Assembly (NCBI GenBank): GCA_963667725.2 | Contig: CAXXHO010000003.1 | Span: 1,056,001-1,120,000 of the forward strand | Length of the DNA stretch: 64,000 bases | DNA from: Treponemataceae bacterium | GTDB taxonomy: Bacteria > Spirochaetota > Spirochaetia > Treponematales > Rectinemataceae | Direction of reading: 5' to 3' | Shown here: piece by piece, positions 9,744 through 19,218 of the stretch | How the letters are laid out: every line of letters starts with the position of its first letter | Position numbering within the stretch: position 1 is the first letter of the stretch | Program-made: the position numbers and the translations under genes | Notes under the pieces: generated by a model | Told to the model about the DNA's origin: nothing | Database searches by the model: none | The model's input: the letters and a program-made list of their open reading frames with translations, nothing else

Positions 9744-10426
9744 ATCCTATACATGTTATGATTGTTGAAGATGATTTTATGGTTGCCGACTTAAATCGTC
9801 AATTTACCGAATCATCGGGTAATTTTATTGTTGATAAAGTTGCATATAATGGTGCCGAAGCTTTAGCATTTCTTACTAAAAATGTCATTAATCTTATCAT
9901 ACTTGATATTTATCTACCAGATATCAATGGTATAGAACTCCTCAAGATCATTCGAAAGAGGGACTTCCCCTCTGATATTATATTAATCACCGCTGCACAT
10001 GATGCGGATACAGTGAAAGAATCAATACGTTTCGGTGTATTTGACTATATTATCAAGCCTTTTGATATGATCAGGTACCAAAACTCTTTATCTAGCTATT
10101 TTTGTTGCCTTAAGTCATTGGAATCTTCTGAGACAATTGATCAAGCACGGGTTGATATTGTAATGGCCGGAGCGAGTAAAAAACAGGATTTGATTTCTTC
10201 TCTTCCTAAGGGAATAAATCTATCTACAATGGAGCGAATAAAAAATATTCTTGAATATATCAAAGGAGAAATAGGTATTGATGATATTTGCTCAACAATG
10301 CCTGTATCACGGATAACAGCGCATAGATATTTGGAATATCTTGTTGATGATGGTTTCCTTGAGAAAAAATTTCGTTATCAACATATCGGCAGACCTTTGA
10401 CTGTCTATACAAGAAAAGGCTACTAA
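9740..10426 (+). CDS. CitB/DctR-family response regulator
   Basis: IVEDD, LDIYLPD, YIIKPF, LPKGI, SRITAHRYLEYL, GRP. Confidence 0.95.
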   Translation: MNPIHVMIVEDDFMVADLNRQFTESSGNFIVDKVAYNGAEALAFLTKNVINLIILDIYLPDINGIELLKIIRKRDFPSDIILITAAHDADTVKESIRFGVFDYIIKPFDMIRYQNSLSSYFCCLKSLESSETIDQARVDIVMAGASKKQDLISSLPKGINLSTMERIKNILEYIKGEIGIDDICSTMPVSRITAHRYLEYLVDDGFLEKKFRYQHIGRPLTVYTRKGY

Positions 10427-10462
10427 ATTATATAATATTACGTTTTTAATATATTGTGTAGA

Positions 10463-10498
10463 TGATAAAAATGATAAAAAAGATAACAATGAAATAAA
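10463..10498 (+). promoter_or_regulatory. Four A-rich 9-bp tandem repeats, candidate response-regulator binding site
   Basis: TGATAAAAA TGATAAAAA AGATAACAA TGAAATAAA upstream of the DUF6305 operon. Confidence 0.45.
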
Positions 10499-10536
10499 TC
10501 TTTACGTAGTTCCGAATTTATGCGATCAATATATTG

Positions 10537-11130
10537 ATGATAAATTTTAGGATTCTAATTAAGCAACTACTATATGTTTTCTCATTCGTATGTTGTCTTT
10601 TCTTTTCCCAAGCATATCTTCATTCGCAAGATATATCAAATAGTAAAACTTTTTATTCTTTACCACCAGTATTGATTACTTCCTGTGGACAAAGCCCTGA
10701 TGCATTCTCAATCAGTGCGATAGCTCGACGGATAGGCTTTGAATACTTCTATGATGATCTTTTTACATCATCGAAATTTGATGCATTTCGAACAGTAATA
10801 ATTGTGATGGGTGCAAGTCAGAAAGGATTGGGAGAAGCTGGCTTAAGTGTTTCTATGGAGCTGTCAAGAGTATCGGCCCTTCTTAAAAAGGCAAAAACTG
10901 TGGGGGCGAAAGTTATCGCAGTCCATATCGGCGGGGAGGCAAGGAGAGGGGCTGATTCGGAAAAATTTATTGACCTCGTCATCGCATTGGCAGATTGCAT
11001 TATTGTAACAAATAGGGGGAATGAAGATGGCAAGTTTTCTAAAGAATCAGAACGGTTGGGAATTCCCTTATTCCTAATAAAGGCTCCGAAGGATATTGAA
11101 GAACTGCTGTTAAGGCTGTTGAAGATTTGA
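10537..11130 (+). CDS. DUF6305-like exported protein (copy 1)
   Basis: Signal-like N-terminus; PVLITSCGQS, MGASQKGLGEAG, HIGGEARRG, GNEDGKF. Confidence 0.75.
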   Translation: MINFRILIKQLLYVFSFVCCLFFSQAYLHSQDISNSKTFYSLPPVLITSCGQSPDAFSISAIARRIGFEYFYDDLFTSSKFDAFRTVIIVMGASQKGLGEAGLSVSMELSRVSALLKKAKTVGAKVIAVHIGGEARRGADSEKFIDLVIALADCIIVTNRGNEDGKFSKESERLGIPLFLIKAPKDIEELLLRLLKI

Positions 11131-11206
11131 AGTAAAAATCTTTAGCTAATTATAATCATAAGCAATTTAGCTCATTTCTAAGTTCAAACTTAAGAGAGGT
11201 ATAGGT

Positions 11207-11785
11207 ATGTCTAAAAGGCAAGTATCACGATTCATTGTAAAATTCTTTGTATTTGTTTTATTGGTCTCTTCTGTTGAGGCAATTCCCTCTGGATCAGCAA
11301 CTCCTCATGCTGGAATGCCAATATTTATAACCACTGCAGGGCAAAGCGCTGATGCATATGCTGTAAAGTTACTGCTTGATAGAAGCAAGATGAAATCCGG
11401 TTATGATGCCATCGCAGAAGCTAATAAAATTATTGGATCAAAAACTCTAATTCTCGTCATGGGAGGGAGTTCTAAGGGTTTGGGTGCTGCAGGTATGGAT
11501 GAAGATGAAGAAATTGCCCGTATCAATCACCTTCTAGATGGTGCCCGAAAGGAGAAAATGTACATCGTCGGTCTTCATATAGGAGGTGAATCTCGTCGTG
11601 GTGCTCTTTCAGCCAAATTTATCAATCTTGTTGCTCCGTTCTGCAATTATCTCATCGTGAAGAAGGATGGCAATAAAGATGGCTACTTCACTGACTTAGG
11701 TACTAAGAAAAAGATCCCTGTCACGCTTATCGATGAGACACTCGATTTGGTCACCATATTCAAGTCGTTGTTTTCTGTAAATTAA
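11207..11785 (+). CDS. DUF6305-like exported protein (copy 2)
   Basis: Signal peptide; PIFITTAGQS, MGGSSKGLGAAG, HIGGESRRG, GNKDGYF; clearly paralogous to the upstream gene. Confidence 0.78.
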   Translation: MSKRQVSRFIVKFFVFVLLVSSVEAIPSGSATPHAGMPIFITTAGQSADAYAVKLLLDRSKMKSGYDAIAEANKIIGSKTLILVMGGSSKGLGAAGMDEDEEIARINHLLDGARKEKMYIVGLHIGGESRRGALSAKFINLVAPFCNYLIVKKDGNKDGYFTDLGTKKKIPVTLIDETLDLVTIFKSLFSVN

Positions 11786-11884
11786 TGACTTGGGTATTTA
11801 TCGTAAAACGGCGATCGACAATATTGCCCTAATATGGCTCTAGTGTACGACCGCTAAAGTACTACCCCTAAAAGGAGGGAGTGT

Positions 11885-13732
11885 ATGAATAAGAGCAAGG
11901 AAACTCGAACCTCGAGCACCCACGTTACGGCCCTAGTGGCTGTTGTAGTGTTGCTCGTTGTAGTCGGTGTATCCGCGGGAGCCCAGGTAATTTACAGGCC
12001 GGATGTTGTAGGCAAACAGGGTGTCGTCGCTTCCGCCCATTCGCTCGCATCTGAGGCTGGATTGCAGATTCTTCGTGACGGAGGAAATGCTATCGATGCG
12101 GCAGTGGCGGTTATGGCTGCTCTCAATGTCGTGGAACCAAATGCTTCTGGCGCCGCAGGAAATGGATGCCTCACTATTTTTTGGAAACCCGATGGACAGG
12201 TCAAAGAGCTTCTCATGACAGGGGCTGCTCCGCTTAATATGCCCACCAATGGCCTAAGCCCAGAAGAACGCGACGGGGGTATCCTCGCTGGTGTAACTCC
12301 TGGAAATTATGGAGGCTGGATTGAAGCTCTCGATAAGTATGGCACAAAAAGCCTCGCAGAAGTATTAAAGCCAGCAATAGGCTACGCGGAGAATGGTTTC
12401 TCAATAAGTAAGTCCTTAAGCGGTGTCATTGAATCTTATAGACCAGTTCTTGAGTTGAATCCCACGACAGCAAAAATATGGCTTCAGGAGGGCAAAGCAC
12501 CAACAGCTGGTACCATTATTGTTCAATCGGATCTAGCAAACACCTTCAAGAAGCTTTGTGAGGCCGAAAGCGTCTCTATTGCCAAAGGTCAAAGCAGAAG
12601 CGCTGGGTTGAAAGCTGCATATGATTGTTTCTATACGGGCGAGATTGCTCACGAGATCGCTGACTTTTATAAGGAAAACGGTGGTTATTTTACACTTGAA
12701 GATCTGGCATCGTACCATCCTGAATGGGTGAAACCCGCATCAACAAATTATAGAGGTTTCGATGTCTACAGCACACCAGCAACTTCTCGCGGTGGAATTG
12801 AACTCATCATGGCATTGAACATGATAGAGGCCTATGATGTAAAAAAAATGGGACTAAATAGTGCTGAAGAACTCCACCTCGTTGCAGAGATCATGAAAAT
12901 CGTAAAGAGTGATGTTTATCATTACGTTGCTGACCCTAATTTTATAGATATTCCTCTCGATGGGATGACATCTAAAGCATACGCTGAGAAACGTCGTTCG
13001 CTAATCGATTTTAATAAAGCTATTAAATTCCCCGAACCTGGAAAGCCAGAAGACTATCTTAAAGCTGCACAGTCAGCAGATAAAATATCTTCTGTCATCT
13101 ATACGAAAGCCGGGAATCCTTCATACATCACGAGCGTAGGTTCCACCACCAGCTTTAGTATTGTCGATCAATACGGAAACGCTGTAGGTGGTACGGTTAC
13201 ACTTGGTGATTACTGGGGAACTAAGGTCGTAGTAGGAAATACTGGATTATTGTTCAACAATGGAACACGTGATGGCTCAACCGCAGGTAAATATCCAGAT
13301 AACGTAAACTACCCGCAACCTGGTAAGCGCGGACTCCTTAATAATTCCCCTACGGTAGTACTCAAAGATGGCAGCCTTGTTTCAGTATTCGGAACACCGG
13401 GTGGTGAAGGCATTGGCATTACTCAATTCCAGTTACTCATGAACTTAGTTGATTTTGGTATGGGAATACAGGAAGCAATCGAGTCTCCGCGGTTTATCCT
13501 TGCAGCAAAACCTGACTTCTATACAATCGGCGCTGACGTGTCATGGACTATCGAAAGCAGGGTTGACCCCAAAGTAATCAAGTCTCTTACAAGCCTTGGC
13601 CATAATATTAAGGTCTCCAGTGCTTTCACGAGCAGCGTTGGTGGTATGCAGGGTATTCTCGTTGATCAAAAAACTGGATGGATTTTTGGAGGTGGTGATC
13701 CGAGACGTGGCGGTTATGCGGTTGGATTTTAA
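11885..13732 (+). CDS. ggt: Exported gamma-glutamyltransferase-family Ntn hydrolase
   Basis: GGNAIDAAVA, VVEPNASG, nucleophile STTSFSIVD, GTPGG, DPRRGG; signal peptide. Confidence 0.9.
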   Translation: MNKSKETRTSSTHVTALVAVVVLLVVVGVSAGAQVIYRPDVVGKQGVVASAHSLASEAGLQILRDGGNAIDAAVAVMAALNVVEPNASGAAGNGCLTIFWKPDGQVKELLMTGAAPLNMPTNGLSPEERDGGILAGVTPGNYGGWIEALDKYGTKSLAEVLKPAIGYAENGFSISKSLSGVIESYRPVLELNPTTAKIWLQEGKAPTAGTIIVQSDLANTFKKLCEAESVSIAKGQSRSAGLKAAYDCFYTGEIAHEIADFYKENGGYFTLEDLASYHPEWVKPASTNYRGFDVYSTPATSRGGIELIMALNMIEAYDVKKMGLNSAEELHLVAEIMKIVKSDVYHYVADPNFIDIPLDGMTSKAYAEKRRSLIDFNKAIKFPEPGKPEDYLKAAQSADKISSVIYTKAGNPSYITSVGSTTSFSIVDQYGNAVGGTVTLGDYWGTKVVVGNTGLLFNNGTRDGSTAGKYPDNVNYPQPGKRGLLNNSPTVVLKDGSLVSVFGTPGGEGIGITQFQLLMNLVDFGMGIQEAIESPRFILAAKPDFYTIGADVSWTIESRVDPKVIKSLTSLGHNIKVSSAFTSSVGGMQGILVDQKTGWIFGGGDPRRGGYAVGF

Positions 13733-13802
13733 ACTAGGTAGTAAATACTAAAAAGAGCCCGGGGGGTCTCGGGCTCCTATCTCTTTGTAAGGAGCTCCTA
13801 AG

Positions 13803-15095
13803 GTGTCGCAAATTTGGCAGACTATAATAACCCTGATAATAATGATTGGGGTCTTCCTTATAACAACAAGGCTTTTAAAACTTTCACCTGCCTTCGGCAT
13901 GCTTTTTGGCGCTATTGCTGGTGCTCTCACTGCAGGAGAAGGGCTTGCGTTAAGGCATCTAGTGGAAGGCGCCTTTATGTATTTTGATGTTGTGATGGTC
14001 ATTCTCACTGCTTCAATCTTCATGAGATTATGGAGTCAATCGGGCGGCTTAAATGTATTCGTACGTGACCTAATAATGATATTCTCCTGGTCACCGTCTC
14101 TACTTCTTGTGCTCCTAATGTTCGTTGTTATGCTACCAGCAGCTCTCACTGGCTCTGGTACTGCGGCTATAATGGCAGCCGGCGGGCTAGTGGCAACTAT
14201 CCTTGATAAAATGGGTCTCCCTAAGAAGAACATTGTTGGCTTCATCGCGATGGGTGCAGTCTTTGGATTAGTCGCTCCTCCAATTAATATACCTGCGATG
14301 ATTATTAGCACTGGCATTAATATGCCTTATGATGGTTTCTTCGGACCTCTGCTCATTCTGAGTATCCCATTAGGGGCACTATCCGCGCTACTTATTGGCA
14401 GAAAGCATGTTAATAAAAACTTGAATGCTAACGAGCTACTCGCAAGTGTAAGTGGTGAAGTTCCTCGGCTTGGATCTCTTGGCGCTTACTTACCGTTGAT
14501 TGTTGTGATAGTGATTATGATACTTCAACGTACTTTCCCAAGAAGTTTTCCACAAATTGGCAACACCATGGTTTTCGTCGCTGGGTCTGTTGTAGCTGCA
14601 TTATTGTCGAAGAAGTTAATGTTAATCGAGACTGTAAAGAACACAGTCGCTGATTCCATTGGAGTATGTTGTCTTCTTATTGCAGTTGGCTCAATTGTTC
14701 AAGTTATGACACTCACTGGGGTACGTGGTCTTCTTGTCGTAAGTACTATATCGGCTCCCATAACTATCTTATTTATACTTCTCTTTCTCGGTTTACCGCT
14801 CTCTGGTTGTGTGCTTGGCACGTATGGTGCTGCTTCTGTATTCGGTATCCCATTCATGCTCGCGCTACTTGGACGAAACCCGATTATTGCTACAGCGGGC
14901 ATTAGTCTAATTGCCGGGCTCGCTACCCTCACGCCTCCAACAGCTCTAGATGGACGTGCTGCTATGTTAATCGTGAAATATGATGGGAGTTATACCCAAG
15001 TCTTAAGAACAATGGCTGTCCCAATAATTCTTGCTGATGTTCTTGGAACCCTCTTCGTAATCTTTGCATCCAGCCTTAAATGGTTGATCTTTTAA
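13803..15095 (+). CDS. TRAP large-subunit (DctM)/IT-superfamily permease
   Basis: About 11-12 TM segments; ALTGSG, APPINIPAM and TPPTAL motifs. Confidence 0.8.
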   Translation: MSQIWQTIITLIIMIGVFLITTRLLKLSPAFGMLFGAIAGALTAGEGLALRHLVEGAFMYFDVVMVILTASIFMRLWSQSGGLNVFVRDLIMIFSWSPSLLLVLLMFVVMLPAALTGSGTAAIMAAGGLVATILDKMGLPKKNIVGFIAMGAVFGLVAPPINIPAMIISTGINMPYDGFFGPLLILSIPLGALSALLIGRKHVNKNLNANELLASVSGEVPRLGSLGAYLPLIVVIVIMILQRTFPRSFPQIGNTMVFVAGSVVAALLSKKLMLIETVKNTVADSIGVCCLLIAVGSIVQVMTLTGVRGLLVVSTISAPITILFILLFLGLPLSGCVLGTYGAASVFGIPFMLALLGRNPIIATAGISLIAGLATLTPPTALDGRAAMLIVKYDGSYTQVLRTMAVPIILADVLGTLFVIFASSLKWLIF

Positions 15096-15107
15096 AGGAG
15101 GTCGGGA

Positions 15108-15257
15108 ATGCTTCTCATTATTTTATATAAACTCGTCTACTGCTGCATCCTCGCCGCAATAGTTATTGGCCTTTTCCAGGCGGCATTGCTAAAAGCGAAG
15201 GCCTCCTTCGCAATTGTGGCTTTACCTCTGCTCTTGCGATTATTTGGGATTAAATGA
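15108..15257 (+). CDS. 49-aa two-TM membrane protein (absent from the ORF track)
   Basis: AAGGAGG RBS, then MLLIILYKLVYCCILAAIVIGLFQAALLKAKASFAIVALPLLLRLFGIK*; it fills the intergenic gap. Confidence 0.8.
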   Translation: MLLIILYKLVYCCILAAIVIGLFQAALLKAKASFAIVALPLLLRLFGIK

Positions 15258-15270
15258 GGGAGATAAATAA

Positions 15271-16437
15271 ATGACAAGCCAATTTAAGGAAAAAGAAGCC
15301 AAAGCTACACTGTCAAATACTGCCTTTTCACTTATCGTAGTAGGATTTTTAGCCTCAATATTTATCTACTCTGCCATAACTTTCCTAGGTATGAGGAAAT
15401 TTGAGGCTGTACCTAAAGGTCCTGGTGTAACCCGCTTGGGTCTCCTTTCTGATTATTTTTCCGACCTTAAGGGAGGGGCAGGGGATACTGAGATCTTCTA
15501 TCTCGAGGGCAAAGAACCTGGGGGAACCGTCATTTGCCTAGGAGGGGTCCATCCTAACGAACCTTCGGGAGTACTGGCTGCAACTCTTCTTGTTGAGAAT
15601 GCTCAAGTTAATATTGGGCGATTAATCATTATACCACACACTAACGCCAGCGCTTTCTCCTATTCAACGCCTGGTGAAGGCACTCCGATGAGCTATACTA
15701 TAAAAACGGACTGGGGAGAACAAAAATTCCGTTATGGTAGCCGCCTCACAAATCCACTTCACCAGTTCCCTGATCCCGATGTATATGTTCATTTCCCCAG
15801 CAATCAGCTCATGTCCGGTAACGAAGCAAGGAACCTTGATCGCGCTTTCCCAGGTAATCCTAAAGGTGGCCTAACCCAAAAAGTTGCTTTTGCCGTTGCC
15901 GAAATGGTGAGAAAAGAGGATGCAGGACTTGTAATTGACATGCATGAAGCGAGATTGATGAATCCCATAGTCAACTGCATAATTACTCCAGAGCGAGCCC
16001 TAACTCTTTCATCTTTTGCTCAAATGGATCTTGAATCCAGCACTAAACAGCCTTGGCATCTTGAACCTTCTCCAGCTAAAATGTTTGGTATGTCCCATAG
16101 AGGACTGACTGATGCCACGAATGCTCTTGCAGTCCTCATGGAGACTGGGAATCCTGCAATGGACTATCCACGAGGACCAACTACAGAAAATCTCATCGTT
16201 GAAGGCAAGGATGATTTTTATAAACTAGCCTCTGATAAGGGACTTCTGTATGTCCCGTATCCTAAAGAAGGTCTATCCCTCAAACATCGTGTGGCTCGAC
16301 AACTTGCAGGAGCAGATGAACTCATTCGAGTTTTCTCCGAAATATCTGAAGATGGACAATCTATAAGTGTTGAGCATATACCTACATACGAAAATGTTGA
16401 AGCCTACGGCCTCGGACATTTCATCCTTGAGCCTTAA
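15271..16437 (+). CDS. Succinylglutamate desuccinylase/aspartoacylase (M14-like) family protein, membrane anchored
   Basis: GGVHPNE, RNLDRAFPG, IDMHE, MET; N-terminal TM segment. Confidence 0.88.
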   Translation: MTSQFKEKEAKATLSNTAFSLIVVGFLASIFIYSAITFLGMRKFEAVPKGPGVTRLGLLSDYFSDLKGGAGDTEIFYLEGKEPGGTVICLGGVHPNEPSGVLAATLLVENAQVNIGRLIIIPHTNASAFSYSTPGEGTPMSYTIKTDWGEQKFRYGSRLTNPLHQFPDPDVYVHFPSNQLMSGNEARNLDRAFPGNPKGGLTQKVAFAVAEMVRKEDAGLVIDMHEARLMNPIVNCIITPERALTLSSFAQMDLESSTKQPWHLEPSPAKMFGMSHRGLTDATNALAVLMETGNPAMDYPRGPTTENLIVEGKDDFYKLASDKGLLYVPYPKEGLSLKHRVARQLAGADELIRVFSEISEDGQSISVEHIPTYENVEAYGLGHFILEP

Positions 16438-16456
16438 GCCTTGAGCCTTAAGCACA

Positions 16457-16498
16457 TAAATCCCGCCAATGTATCTATACTATTAATGGCGGGATTTA
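16457..16498 (+). terminator. Inverted repeat, probable terminator
   Basis: TAAATCCCGCCA...TGGCGGGATTTA followed by a T-rich stretch. Confidence 0.6.
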
Positions 16499-16529
16499 CT
16501 TTTATATTTCCATATGAAAAGGATAAATC

Positions 16530-17981
16530 ATGAATCTCAATCTCACTTTAGCCAACCTTTCCCAAGCCTTCCCCGAAGACTTCACCCAAGACCAGAAAGC
16601 CCGCGCCCAGACCCTCTTTCTCAAGAAGCTTTCCATTCAGGCGCATAAGTTCTACGGCGGCAAAATGCAGACCGTGCCCAAGGCCGGCGTCTATGGTTTT
16701 AACTGGTTCAATGTATGGTATACCCCCGGCGTTTCCAAGGTTTCCACGACGATTCGCGACAACAACGACGAATCCTTCGCCCTTTCCAACAGGGGTAACC
16801 TCGTCGCCGTAGTATCCGATTCCACCCGCGTCCTGGGCGACGGCGACTGCACGCCCCCTGGAGGCTTGGGTGTCATGGAAGGAAAAGCCTTCCTCATGAA
16901 ATACCTGGGCGGCGTCGACTGCATCGCCCTCTGCGTCGATTCGCGGGGCAAGGACGGCAAGCACGACCCCGACAAGATCATCGAATTCGTGAAGATGCTC
17001 CAGCCCTCGGTGGGAGCGGTCAATCTCGAAGACATCAGCCAGCCCAACTGCTACAAGGTCCTGGACGAGCTGCGCGAATCCTGCGACATCCCCGTATGGC
17101 ATGACGATGCCCAGGGCACAGCCTCCGTCACCCTGGCGGGCGTTCTAAACGCTCTCTCCCTCGCGGGCAAGAAGCTCTCGGAGGCCAAAATTGTATTCCT
17201 GGGCGCCGGCGCTTCCAACACGACCATCGCCCGCCTCATCATGACCGATGGCGGCAAGGGCGAGAACATGGTGATGTTCGACACGAAAGGTTCGCTCCAC
17301 GCTGGCCGCAAGGACATCGAGGCCGACCCGAGGCTCTACAGGAAATGGGAGCTCTGCCAGGCCACGAACCCTAAGCGCGTCGCCACGGAAGCCGAAGCCC
17401 TCAAGGGCGCCGATGTCCTCATCGCCCTCTCGATCCCCGGCCCCGATACCGTCAAGCGCGAATGGGTACACTCGATGGCGCCCAAGTCCATCGTCTTCTG
17501 CTGCGCCAACCCCGTGCCTGAAATCTGGCCCTACGCGGCCAAGGAAGAAGGCGCCTTCATCGTGGCCACCGGCCGCGGTGACTTCCCCAACCAGGTGAAC
17601 AACTCCGTCTGCTTCCCCGGCATTCTGAAAGGAGCCCTGGCCGTGCGCGCCCGCAAGATCACCGACGGCATGGCAATACGCTGCGCCCACTCCCTCGCCG
17701 ACTTCGCCAAGAAGCGGGGCATCACGCCCGACAACATCGTCGCGACCATGTCCGAAACCGAGGTTTTCGCCGTGGAAGCCGCAGACGTCGCCATGCAGGC
17801 CATCGCCGAGGGCGTGGCCAGGGTCCAGGCGACATGGCAGGAAGTCTACGACAAGGCTATGGCCGACATCGCCGCCTCGAGGAATCTGACCAAGGACATG
17901 ATGGCCATGGGCTACATCAAGGAACCGCCCCAGGCGATGCTCCAGCAGATGCTCGATGAGGCTATCGCCGAGGTGCGCTGA
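16530..17981 (+). CDS. NAD(P)-dependent malic enzyme
   Basis: YTPGV, GVMEGKA, NLEDI, WHDDAQGT, GAGAS, ANPVPEI, ATGRGDFPNQVNN. Confidence 0.95.
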   Translation: MNLNLTLANLSQAFPEDFTQDQKARAQTLFLKKLSIQAHKFYGGKMQTVPKAGVYGFNWFNVWYTPGVSKVSTTIRDNNDESFALSNRGNLVAVVSDSTRVLGDGDCTPPGGLGVMEGKAFLMKYLGGVDCIALCVDSRGKDGKHDPDKIIEFVKMLQPSVGAVNLEDISQPNCYKVLDELRESCDIPVWHDDAQGTASVTLAGVLNALSLAGKKLSEAKIVFLGAGASNTTIARLIMTDGGKGENMVMFDTKGSLHAGRKDIEADPRLYRKWELCQATNPKRVATEAEALKGADVLIALSIPGPDTVKREWVHSMAPKSIVFCCANPVPEIWPYAAKEEGAFIVATGRGDFPNQVNNSVCFPGILKGALAVRARKITDGMAIRCAHSLADFAKKRGITPDNIVATMSETEVFAVEAADVAMQAIAEGVARVQATWQEVYDKAMADIAASRNLTKDMMAMGYIKEPPQAMLQQMLDEAIAEVR

Positions 17982-18045
17982 TAATTCTCAACTGTGATGG
18001 GTTGTTTTAATTATTTTTTACATTGCCATTGCTTCTTTAAATTAT

Positions 18046-18081
18046 ATAAAGCAACACCTGATGTAGAGGGTGTTGCTTTAT
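18046..18081. terminator. Hairpin between convergent genes
   Basis: ATAAAGCAACACC...GGTGTTGCTTTAT. Confidence 0.65.
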
Positions 18082-18196
18082 TCTATTTAAATAATATAGT
18101 TGGAATTAAACTTTTTTAAGGTCAGTTATTGTGCTCTTTATGTACTAATTTACTTACAAATTAATGCTGATATAACTTTTTCGGGGGCCTCTTTGA

Positions 18197-18319
18197 TTAA
18201 TCAAAGCTAACAGTTCCAATCAATGCCGCAAATGTTACCCCCAATCCGAGCATAAACCCTATCCCAATTTCTATCATCGTCTGCCTAATAGGCTTTTTTT
18301 CCGCTTCGTCTCTGCAGCT
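18197..18319 (-). pseudogene. 3' remnant of a membrane-anchored protein gene cut by the IS
   Basis: Open frame from the IS end: SCRDEAEKKPIRQTMIEIGIGFMLGLGVTFAALIGTVSFD*. Confidence 0.4.
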
Positions 18320-18381
18320 CTATAATGAGCCCACCTGTCTAGACAGAAAAGAATCAGGAATAAGGTGGACACCTTCTCCTC

Positions 18382-19218
18382 TCATACAGCTTCTTTGAGT
18401 TCCCTTGCCGGGAACTTACTCCAATAAATAGTGTCTGGAGTTTCGTACTCCAGCGATTGATGGAATCGCTCACTGTTATAAAACCTAAGGTAGCGAGCAA
18501 GCCCATCTTTCAGCTCCGTCATAGTTCGGTAATCCTTGAGATAAATGTCCTCGTACTTCAAGGATCTCCAGAACCGTTCTACAAAGATATTGTCCAGCGC
18601 CCTGTTTACGCCATCCATGCTGATTTGTATTCCATGAGATTCCAGCACCGACACAAAGGCGTCAGAAGTAAACTGGCTTCCTTGATCTGTGTTAAAAATG
18701 CCTGGTACTCCGTAATGGGCAATTGCTTCTTCCAGTGCCGATACACAAAATTGGGCATCCATGGTGTTAGAAACCCGCCAGGACAGAATCTTCCTGGAAT
18801 ACAGGTCAATTATCGTAACCAGATAGACGTAACCGCCAGAAAGCTTGATATAGGTTATGTCAGACGCCCACACCTGATTCGGTAGCCAAATATTCATCCC
18901 CCTAAGTAAATAGGGGTATTTCTTGGAACCCTTGGACGGTTTGGAAAACTGAAGTCCAGGATAGATCGCCCGTAATCCGGCTTTCTTCATAATCCTTCGA
19001 ACTTGCTTTCGTGTAACGTCCAAATAGATCAGTTCCCTTGCTATTCTACGGTAACCGTAGAACGGTTTCTCTTTCAGCACCTCGAGGATAGCTTCCAGAA
19101 TAGCCAAATCATGATCTTCCGGAGCTTCCTTAGGCTGGTAGTAGTAAGATGATCGAGCTATCCCGAGGATCGTGCATTGCTGCGCTATTGAGAGCTCGGG
19201 ATGATCGGCTTCTACCAT
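18382..19218 (-). CDS. IS3-family transposase OrfB (DDE)
   Basis: FYGYRR, PNQVWASDITYI, NTDQGSQFTS, DNIFVERFWRSLKYE. Confidence 0.95.
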   Translation of the reverse strand: MVEADHPELSIAQQCTILGIARSSYYYQPKEAPEDHDLAILEAILEVLKEKPFYGYRRIARELIYLDVTRKQVRRIMKKAGLRAIYPGLQFSKPSKGSKKYPYLLRGMNIWLPNQVWASDITYIKLSGGYVYLVTIIDLYSRKILSWRVSNTMDAQFCVSALEEAIAHYGVPGIFNTDQGSQFTSDAFVSVLESHGIQISMDGVNRALDNIFVERFWRSLKYEDIYLKDYRTMTELKDGLARYLRFYNSERFHQSLEYETPDTIYWSKFPARELKEAV

